The translations under genes were made by a program, and so were the position numbers. The notes below the pieces were generated by a model. The model was not told the DNA's origin. It made no database searches and worked only from the letters and a program-made list of their open reading frames with translations. A DNA stretch of 32,000 bases from Geotalea daltonii FRC-32 (lineage in GTDB: Bacteria; Desulfobacterota; Desulfuromonadia; Geobacterales; Geobacteraceae), in NCBI RefSeq assembly GCF_000022265.1, contig NC_011979.1, positions 3,360,001-3,392,000 of the forward strand, read 5' to 3'. Below, piece by piece: positions 1 to 7,438 of this stretch (positions are counted from its first letter, which is position 1; each line of letters opens with the position of its first letter).

Positions 1-3000
1 ACTCTTTCGCCATTAAAGTTGTTTCCCGCAAGATCCAGGTTGATGTACCATCCTTTGTCGCCCAGAAAGGACAATCCATTTGCAGTGCCTGAGGTCTGGT
101 CAGTCAGATCGGAAAGAGAAAGTGATGCACTGCAATTGTTGTCATTAATGTCCCCTCCCGTGGTTTCTGTACCGTCCAGGTGGGTGACAGGGTCTTTATA
201 ACAGGGCTCCTGAATGCCAAATAGCCGGCGCTGCTTTGCAGCATCAGTACCTGGATCGTCACCGGGATAATAGAAGCGACCGGTGCCGAAAAAGAGATAG
301 AGATTTTTGCCCTGAAGGGTGGCGATGCTGGTGGTAACCGGTCCGATACCATCCATGACCCTACTGACCTGCCACTGGGTCGGAGGGTTCAAGGTTGACG
401 GATCGGTATTTTCAGGTATCACAACACGTAAAACCCCGCCGTCGGCCCAGCTACCATCAGCCGCCTTTTTAACATAGCCAACATAAAGGGCGTCGTCCTG
501 ATAGTTACCAGGTGCCCCAAGACGAAGTCTGTCCGTGTCGACCACATTGGAAGAAAGAGAACCGGCAAATGCATTGGGGACACCAGTATCAATTTTCCAG
601 TAGCCGGCACCAGGTCCCTTCTCAAGGTCTACAACGAAGAGCTGCAGGTTCTGATCCGACACTCCCTTGAACTGGTGGCTGGCAGTATCTATGGGACCAG
701 TGGGTCCAGAAGCAAACACAGCAAGCCAGCGGCCATTGGTGTTCGGGTCAGCAACCCCGCCGGTGCGGCCATTAATCTTGATAATTGCAGGCCCAGAGGT
801 GGCAAAACCCAAGGCAGGGTCTGAGAATTCCCATAGAAGTTTTGGTTTATTTGCCAGAGTGCCACCAGGCGAGGTGAAGTACTGCTCTGTTATATCAAGG
901 GCGAAATAGGAAGAATATCCCAACCCTTTACTACCATCTGCTGGGTCCATGATGGGAGTCTTAACACAAGTCCCTGCGGTAACCTTGTCCGTGCAGGTAG
1001 TTACCTTCTCAGCCTTTGAGGCGCCGCCTATTCCCATTCCTCCGATCAGTACCGTTTTCCAGCTGCTGACATCTTTCTGACAGTTCCAGTAATCGGAAGT
1101 TGAACAAGTGGTAGGCTTTGCAGTACTGATGTCGAAGAGGGAAGTGCTCCCGTCCACGAAGTAAATATGATTGTAGCTGGGTTCAGCCAGATACTTAAGA
1201 TAAGGCAAAACATTTTTGGGAACATAGGCCCACTCCTCATTTCCCAGATCCTCGCCGGACAGTGTCGCCAGTTTCGAAAAATTCTCTGTTATCTCCAGCT
1301 TGCCCAATTTAAAGGCATGGAGCATACCATCATTGGCCCCCACATAGACCATGCCCCTGTTCTGATAGCTGTTCGAATAAATAAAACCACTATTATTGGA
1401 GTAATCCCCATAGCTTTTGTCGCGATAGCCTTTCGGCTCCTTTAAATTGTAACTATTGAGAGGGACGGTGGATTGCAACCGGGGTGTAGAAGAAACGATA
1501 TCCCCCAGCTTCCAAACATGGCTTCCCAGAAGACTGCCATCCGGCTTATTTATGGAAACCGTTCTGCTCCGATAGGTAGGGGGATTGTCAACACCATGGA
1601 TATAGTTTATTACGCTTTCCGCCTCCCCCACTGTTGTCGCCTGAAGATAAGGCTGGAGCAAACTCGAGTTGTTGACTGCAGGGCTACCTGGAAAAAGGCT
1701 GGATGAAAAATTTATGAGGGAAGTACTATCAGTAGAGGTGTAGATTTTCCGCGGTTTGGCAGACAGATCCCTTTCCCAAAGCTGAAGGCCCGCCCGCCAG
1801 AGGCTCCTTACTGCATCCGGGTCAATTGTATCAAAGGTTTTTTCGACAAGTTTGGGATCGACAAACCTCCTGGCCATCGTTCTATCATCCGAACTAAAAA
1901 AGAACTGGATAACCTTGTCTTTGCTTAGATTGAGAACATGATCAAAATCAGAATCCTCCCTGATATTACTGTTTACAAAGTATGGATCAATGTAATACCA
2001 GAGATTCTGCATCTCACCGATCCAGTTTACGCTGGTGTTATTGTCAAAATCCTGCCTCGGGTAAAACACGGCCTGCAGGATATTGGCGCCGCTCCCTTCA
2101 CTGTTGCTGAGAACAGATGCAGCAGTACCCGAGGATACGCGGGCTAGAATGGCATTGAGGGCCGTATCCAGCTGCTGTTCAAGTTTAAGCGGGTTTACTG
2201 CCAGGAAGTAGTTGTCTGGGTTCCCGGTTCCGCCCTTGTTCCACTCCGAGTCGAGGTCGGGCATGTTGTTACTGTTGGAATCTACGAATCCTCCCCATTT
2301 GGCAGCATACCAGAGTGGGTTTTTCAAGAAGCCTGCAATGCTGCCCGTACCGTTGACAGTAAAGACCTTCTGCCATGCAAGGGGCATAGAAAGAGGTGCC
2401 GACGATAGTTTGGAAGCATTGGAGACATCTTTATCTTTAACTGGCAAATAGAGGCCATCGGCGGTTGTCCCTGAAACGACGAAGCCGAGAGCCTGGTCGA
2501 TACAGCCGGAGGCATATTCAGAAGACAGTTTGACTTCCAGTTGTCCGGATGAGAGTGGCTCAGTACACGATGTATCACTCATATTGACGGAAGCGGGTGT
2601 GCAGATTTCGTAACTGACAATGGCGTCCATATCATGGTCTGCGCCTTGTTCCGAGTCCTCATAGTTCAGCCTGAATTTTGCATAGATGACATTTCCTGCA
2701 TTGTCATACTGGACCTTTTCAACAAAATCATTGACGATTTGGTTGGTCGGGCAGAACGCATCTGAGGGGCAACTGGATGTAAAACGGCCTTCGGCGTCTA
2801 GACCAAAGGTGCATTTGGCAGCGCAGCTTTCTTTGACGCCGAGGCAACCATCTAAAGACTTACCGACAGGTACAAAATTGATAAAGCTGTTGGCGCCGAC
2901 TTTAATTTTTAGCTCAGCGACAGGAGATGCAAGGGCAACGGCAAAGGTCGTCACATCAGGTATTTTGCTATTGGCATTAAAGAGGGTTTTGCCGTAGTAA

Positions 3001-5549
3001 GCCAGAGCGGCGGCGTAATAGCCGCCTTTTTTTGTCGGCTCTTCAGGGCAAAGGCCCCTGACCTTGTCTAGATTGCTAACACCTTTAGAGGAACAGACCA
3101 TGTCGAAGGTTGAACCGGACTGGCCGACGAACCAGTTGTTGCCGGCGATAGCTTCCTGCGTGCCAATGGCTTTGGAGAGTGCCGACACGTCTACATTCAA
3201 TTTAGGTGTGGCCAAATCTTCGGTATAGCTGGCAAAGGAAGAACCCGGCACCTGGTCCGTATCGTAGCTAGGGTTGATGTCGCTCAAGAACAAGACGAAA
3301 GGCTTTGCGCAGGAAGGATAGATTTCGTATGGCGTGTAGACATTGCTACCTTTGGGGTAGCCCCAGTCGGGCTTTGACAGACTCAGTCCCATATCCGCTG
3401 AAGTGCCATAAGTGAAATCAGGAGTGGGTAAAAATTTGCCGCTGCCATCCCGCTTACCGGAAAAGTATCTGAGGCTCTCATACATCATTTCGGCCACTGG
3501 ATTTCCCCAGTTTTCACACATGCCCTCAATCGGCGGGCCTGTTTCTACCCAGCCACAGTTATCGTACTGGCCTGTAGAATAGTTGTAATTAGTGATAGCC
3601 ATACGGTCCAAGGTGTGAATGATGTTTCCCTGGACGTTCTCTGAGGTTTGAAAGATGCCATTATTTGCATTGGTTTCGTCCAAGACGCTGCCGGGATTCT
3701 TTCGCAGCACTCCACCGCTCTGGTTTTTGGTATAGGAACCTGTCATCAGGCCAAAATACATGGGAGCCTTGTATATGCAGAGTCCTTCCGTGGCACCACA
3801 GTCAGTGTCAGTTGTGCAAGGTTTAAAGAAGGTTTTTGAACAGACTTTTGCTCCATCCCCCTCGCCATACTTTTGCAACAGCCCGGTCGGCTTATAGGTG
3901 CCGTTGTAATCCTTGCACCAAGATTCGACACCTGTCGCTGCATTACAGACCTCCACCCGTACTGCCAGATCAGTAGGAGTTCCAAGAGAAGCATCGCAGA
4001 CGGGCCGTTCTTTTGCTGACCATTCCCAGATCCTGTTTGGCATGTTCTTGAGCAGCCGAACGATAGGGGACCCGGTCTTGGAAAGGGTTGTATTACAAAA
4101 CAAATGACGCTTGGCGGTTCCCGACACGGGAGTGCCTGTATCTATGAAGTATTGGGATTTGATGCTGCAGACGTTGGTGGAGTTGATGGCTGGTGCCCGG
4201 AGAGTCAGGGTAGCACCGCCGAAGATAGTCCAGGAAGCGGTGTTTTTATTCTTGTACCAGACTTTAATGCCGTCCTGGCCGGTACTTTCGCTATGCCGCA
4301 CCAGCAGACGATGGTAGCCAGACAAAAGATTGATCGTTCCCACCTGAGTAGTGCTACATGGGGTGGTCGGTGCGGTGGAGCATGCGGAGTGGCAGCCACC
4401 ATTAAAAGCAACCAATTGCCCGTCAATTAGGAGTTCCACTCCATCATCGCCATCCACCATGAATTCCCAGTCTCCTTTGGTGCTCTTTGTGACATTGAAT
4501 TCGGTGACTGCAAGGAAGTTGAAATCGGTCAGGTCTGCGCCCTGGCCATGATCCTTGCTCGGTAAAACATCTAGCGGAGGCGAAGTAAAGTTGCCCGGAG
4601 GATTGTGGCTCGGGATTGTGTCGGCAAAGTTGAAATCAGATATGTAATAGGAGCTGATGAAATTAGCTGAGGATGCCTCAAAGGAACCGTAAATGGTATC
4701 GGTTATGGTAGGTTCGTATGGTCCCGGGTCGCCTACATATGCAGGAGTTCCCGGCACAATGGAATAGTCACCACAAACGCCGATATGATTAGGATGCTTG
4801 TACTTGGCGATAAGGATATTGCCTGTGGTAGTGGAAACGGTCTGGTTGGTCGAAGTCCAGTTGACCGTTACCGGACTAGGGCATTCTGAGGGAGCGTCAG
4901 CAGCCGCAAAGCCTATCAGGTTGACTGATTTGTCCACGCAGCTGGAGCCTGATGCGCAATCGCCAGCATCATTACAGGTAGTAGTATATTTGCTTCCATC
5001 GTAACATAGTCTGCCTGTCAGTTCCTTGCCCCAGCTATGAGCATCCTGAGGTAGGGGCACCCGCTCCAACTCCGTGTAGGAAGTGCTATCTTGGCTTCTA
5101 TGGCCACCAAAAAGAACTCTTCTTAACACGTCCGACCTAGACATGGTAATCCAGTTCAACACATTACCGCTCCATTGTCCTGCAGCGCAGAATTTGTCCG
5201 GAGTGGAACTCACCGGTGTGAATTTATCATTGGCACCGGACCCGCCCGAATGGGTGTAACATTTATAGGCATCGAAGTAGCCGTAATAATCGACAGTGTG
5301 CTTGTAACCAGTTTCAAGCTGTCCGTCATCGTCAATGTCTGCGGCATCGTTGTAGGCTGAATAATATAGCTTGTGATCCCGACCTACCTCAAACATTACC
5401 AGCGGGGGGACCGGCTGAGCAATATAAGGAGGGAGGATACAGTAATCGTTACTGACCGCTGCAATGACAGAGTGTGGAAGAAAACACAACAATGAGGCAA
5501 GAAAAAGTCCTATCGTTATAGGTCCGTATTTTGGTTTCGGCTCTGTCAT
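1..5549 (-). CDS. pilY1: Giant PilY1-like type IV pilus tip adhesin (at least 1849 aa in the window; C-terminus runs off the left edge), with an internal PA14-like domain
   Basis: Absent from the ORF track because there is no in-window stop. Manual minus-strand translation from ATG 5549-5547 stays open to position 3. Frame checked at three points: 5549, W codon 4469-4467, K codon 1310-1308. Signal peptide MTEPKPKYGPITIGLFLASLLCFLPHSVIA/AV. PilY1 hallmark motifs: MYFGLMTGSYTKNQSGGVLRKN, PLWYAAKWGGFVDSNSNNMPDLDSEWNKGGTGNPDNYFLAVNP, VYVGANDGMLHAF (about 1311-1349), and GDKGWYINLDLAGNNFNGER at the window edge. All short minus-strand ORFs in the track here are in a different frame. Confidence 0.85.
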   Translation of the reverse strand, partial: MTEPKPKYGPITIGLFLASLLCFLPHSVIAAVSNDYCILPPYIAQPVPPLVMFEVGRDHKLYYSAYNDAADIDDDGQLETGYKHTVDYYGYFDAYKCYTHSGGSGANDKFTPVSSTPDKFCAAGQWSGNVLNWITMSRSDVLRRVLFGGHRSQDSTSYTELERVPLPQDAHSWGKELTGRLCYDGSKYTTTCNDAGDCASGSSCVDKSVNLIGFAAADAPSECPSPVTVNWTSTNQTVSTTTGNILIAKYKHPNHIGVCGDYSIVPGTPAYVGDPGPYEPTITDTIYGSFEASSANFISSYYISDFNFADTIPSHNPPGNFTSPPLDVLPSKDHGQGADLTDFNFLAVTEFNVTKSTKGDWEFMVDGDDGVELLIDGQLVAFNGGCHSACSTAPTTPCSTTQVGTINLLSGYHRLLVRHSESTGQDGIKVWYKNKNTASWTIFGGATLTLRAPAINSTNVCSIKSQYFIDTGTPVSGTAKRHLFCNTTLSKTGSPIVRLLKNMPNRIWEWSAKERPVCDASLGTPTDLAVRVEVCNAATGVESWCKDYNGTYKPTGLLQKYGEGDGAKVCSKTFFKPCTTDTDCGATEGLCIYKAPMYFGLMTGSYTKNQSGGVLRKNPGSVLDETNANNGIFQTSENVQGNIIHTLDRMAITNYNYSTGQYDNCGWVETGPPIEGMCENWGNPVAEMMYESLRYFSGKRDGSGKFLPTPDFTYGTSADMGLSLSKPDWGYPKGSNVYTPYEIYPSCAKPFVLFLSDINPSYDTDQVPGSSFASYTEDLATPKLNVDVSALSKAIGTQEAIAGNNWFVGQSGSTFDMVCSSKGVSNLDKVRGLCPEEPTKKGGYYAAALAYYGKTLFNANSKIPDVTTFAVALASPVAELKIKVGANSFINFVPVGKSLDGCLGVKESCAAKCTFGLDAEGRFTSSCPSDAFCPTNQIVNDFVEKVQYDNAGNVIYAKFRLNYEDSEQGADHDMDAIVSYEICTPASVNMSDTSCTEPLSSGQLEVKLSSEYASGCIDQALGFVVSGTTADGLYLPVKDKDVSNASKLSSAPLSMPLAWQKVFTVNGTGSIAGFLKNPLWYAAKWGGFVDSNSNNMPDLDSEWNKGGTGNPDNYFLAVNPLKLEQQLDTALNAILARVSSGTAASVLSNSEGSGANILQAVFYPRQDFDNNTSVNWIGEMQNLWYYIDPYFVNSNIREDSDFDHVLNLSKDKVIQFFFSSDDRTMARRFVDPKLVEKTFDTIDPDAVRSLWRAGLQLWERDLSAKPRKIYTSTDSTSLINFSSSLFPGSPAVNNSSLLQPYLQATTVGEAESVINYIHGVDNPPTYRSRTVSINKPDGSLLGSHVWKLGDIVSSTPRLQSTVPLNSYNLKEPKGYRDKSYGDYSNNSGFIYSNSYQNRGMVYVGANDGMLHAFKLGKLEITENFSKLATLSGEDLGNEEWAYVPKNVLPYLKYLAEPSYNHIYFVDGSTSLFDISTAKPTTCSTSDYWNCQKDVSSWKTVLIGGMGIGGASKAEKVTTCTDKVTAGTCVKTPIMDPADGSKGLGYSSYFALDITEQYFTSPGGTLANKPKLLWEFSDPALGFATSGPAIIKINGRTGGVADPNTNGRWLAVFASGPTGPIDTASHQFKGVSDQNLQLFVVDLEKGPGAGYWKIDTGVPNAFAGSLSSNVVDTDRLRLGAPGNYQDDALYVGYVKKAADGSWADGGVLRVVIPENTDPSTLNPPTQWQVSRVMDGIGPVTTSIATLQGKNLYLFFGTGRFYYPGDDPGTDAAKQRRLFGIQEPCYKDPVTHLDGTETTGGDINDNNCSASLSLSDLTDQTSGTANGLSFLGDKGWYINLDLAGNNFNGER

Positions 5550-5854
5550 TGTTTCCACCTCTCCAGTGTTATCTCGAATACTTTTCTGCCGGCAATTCTC
5601 AAGTAAACCGGCGATCCCACATGGATATCTGTCAGCTTGCCGGCAACCTCGTACAATGCGCCTTTTTTGCGCTGATGAATATGGACTATCACCCTTTTAT
5701 CAAGGACAAAAGTTGTATTTGCAACAGTAATCGTATCGCCCTGAATATCACCAACAATACCATTGAAATATGTCAGGACTGATTGTTGAGCAGCTTCGAC
5801 GACAGACCAACACATAAGCATCAGGAAAAATATCAAGAGTATAATCTTTTTCAT
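5546..5854 (-). CDS. Small secreted protein of unknown function (102 aa), translationally coupled to pilY1
   Basis: ATG 5854-5852 with AAGAGG 6 nt upstream. Sec-type signal peptide MKKIILLIFFLMLMCWSVVEA/AQQ. No type IV pilin N-terminus (no G-F-T-L-I-E). Its TGA stop (5548-5546) overlaps the pilY1 ATG (5549-5547) as ATGA. Confidence 0.7.
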   Translation of the reverse strand: MKKIILLIFFLMLMCWSVVEAAQQSVLTYFNGIVGDIQGDTITVANTTFVLDKRVIVHIHQRKKGALYEVAGKLTDIHVGSPVYLRIAGRKVFEITLERWKQ

Positions 5855-5925
5855 AACTTGCCTCTTACTTGGTTTAAAAAAGGACGTCTTTTCTTGTTGT
5901 CACCCTTTGATCCCAAGACTGGTTG

Positions 5926-5941
5926 AGCAACAACCATGCCG
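5926..5941 (-). promoter_or_regulatory. Candidate sigma-54 (RpoN) -24/-12 promoter upstream of the small ORF and pilY1
   Basis: Minus strand reads cGGCATGgttgTTGCT, against the consensus TGGCACG-N4-TTGCW. The GG and GC dinucleotides have exactly the canonical spacing. The -12 GC lies about 73 nt upstream of ATG 5854. It sits directly downstream of a sigma-54-dependent activator gene. Confidence 0.55.
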
Positions 5942-6058
5942 ACAAATACAAGAAGAAACAAGCCAATATTTTCAATAGATTAAAAGAGGTTTTATTTTGG
6001 AGAGGTTATTCAACCCTGCACTTTTTTCATAGCCAACTGAGGTTTGCCACAAAAAATG

Positions 6059-7438
6059 TCAATCATCCATTCCATAGTCTTTTATTTTATATAGCAGCGC
6101 CCGATGGCTAATCTCAAGAAGCTTTGCGGCATGTGTCCGGTTACCCCCTGTTCGTTCAAGCGCCCTTCTGATCAAATCCCGTTCGATAACTTCTTCGGCA
6201 TATTTTATTGACAATGAATCATTTGCCAGCCCTGGTACAACCAATTCTGCATGAAACTGCCGAATTTTTTCCGGCAGACAGTCCAGGCTGATTATAGCCC
6301 CTTCGCAAACTACCAATGCCCTTTCTATACTGTTCTCCAATTCCCTCACATTACCTGGCCAGTTGTAGTCCATCAAGCTTCTTAAAGCTTCTGATGAGTA
6401 CTGAACCTGATGTTTAGCCATTTTAGAAGAGTGCTTGGCAATAAAGTGGTTGATAAGCAATGGAATGTCTTCCTGCCGGTCACGCAGGGGGGGCAAGGTG
6501 ATGGTGAAGACGTTAAGCCTGAAATAAAGGTCCTCTCTGAAGCGGTTTTCAGAAATTTCTTTTTCCAGGTCCTTGGAGGTGGCAGATATTACGCGGACGT
6601 CAATTTTTTTCGTGGCTGCCCCGCCAACTACTCTGATCTCCTCATCCTGCAGAACCCGCAGCAGCTTAACCTGCAAGGCGAGCGGCATTTCACCAATCTC
6701 ATCAAGAAAGAGCGTTCCTCCGGTGGCCTGTTCGAACAGGCCAACCTTATCTGTCGAAGCATCTGTGAACGCGCCTTTTACATGGCCGAACAACTCAGAC
6801 TCCAGCAGACTTTCAGGGATCGCAGCACAATTTATGGCGATAAAAGGTCCATTTCTTCGATTGCTGTTCTGATGAATGGCCCTGGCAATCAGCTCCTTGC
6901 CGGTACCCGATTCACCAAGGATCAACACCGTCGTCTTGAAGTCGCATACTTTCTGCACCAAAGTGAAGATTGCCCGCATACGCTGATTTTTGCTGATGAT
7001 GTTGGCGAAGGAATATTCCTTCTTCAACTCTTCCTTCAGTAGCCTGTTCTCGGACTTCAGCCTTTCCCGTTCTTCGGCTTTTCTCAATACCAGATCAATC
7101 TCATCACTTTTGAATGGTTTGGAAATATAGTCGTAGGCCCCCAGCTTCATGCATTCGATGGCCGTATCCACAGTGCCATAGGCAGACATCATGATGATGG
7201 TACTTTCAGTTCTGGCAGGGTCAACCCCCTTCAGAAAACCAACACCATCCAGGACCGGCATCCTGATGTCACAGAGGATGAAGTCATAATCCTTCTGAGA
7301 GACCAACCTCAATGCTTCGGCACCTTCAGAGGCCAATTCAACCTTATAGCCTTTTTTTCTAAGCATGACCTGCAGCATGTGGCGAAGATTTTCCTCGTCG
7401 TCAATTACAAGTATGGTCTTGTTTGCCATATCGTTCAT
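6059..7438 (-). CDS. Sigma-54-dependent response regulator (NtrC family: REC + AAA+ + Fis-type HTH)
   Basis: REC domain: VIDDEE...ILCDIRMPVLDG. AAA+ domain: Walker A GESGTGKE, sigma-54 contact loop GAFTDA, Walker B LFLDEIGEM. C-terminal HTH: NRTHAAKLLEISHRALLYKIKDYG. The track start at 7441 is GTG; the ATG at 7438 has AAGGA 6 nt upstream. Confidence 0.9.
   Translation of the reverse strand: MNDMANKTILVIDDEENLRHMLQVMLRKKGYKVELASEGAEALRLVSQKDYDFILCDIRMPVLDGVGFLKGVDPARTESTIIMMSAYGTVDTAIECMKLGAYDYISKPFKSDEIDLVLRKAEERERLKSENRLLKEELKKEYSFANIISKNQRMRAIFTLVQKVCDFKTTVLILGESGTGKELIARAIHQNSNRRNGPFIAINCAAIPESLLESELFGHVKGAFTDASTDKVGLFEQATGGTLFLDEIGEMPLALQVKLLRVLQDEEIRVVGGAATKKIDVRVISATSKDLEKEISENRFREDLYFRLNVFTITLPPLRDRQEDIPLLINHFIAKHSSKMAKHQVQYSSEALRSLMDYNWPGNVRELENSIERALVVCEGAIISLDCLPEKIRQFHAELVVPGLANDSLSIKYAEEVIERDLIRRALERTGGNRTHAAKLLEISHRALLYKIKDYGMDD

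Noticed and set aside
19-5360. About 25 short ORFs (60-108 aa) on both strands listed in the track across the left 5.5 kb.
   Set aside because: All are out of frame with, or antisense to, the continuous PilY1 reading frame. None has recognisable motifs.
5855-6058. Possible GEMM-I (c-di-GMP/cGAMP) riboswitch upstream of the pilus genes, as occurs in Geobacter.
   Set aside because: Only a weak tGGCAAACC resemblance. The conserved ACGCACAGGGCAAACC and GGGACGCAAAGCC elements and the paired helices are absent.
5923-6111. 62-aa plus-strand ORF in the response-regulator/small-ORF intergenic region.
   Set aside because: It runs antisense across the sigma-54 promoter region and into the 3' end of the response-regulator gene. 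It has a Lys/Phe-rich, AT-driven composition and no ribosome-binding site.
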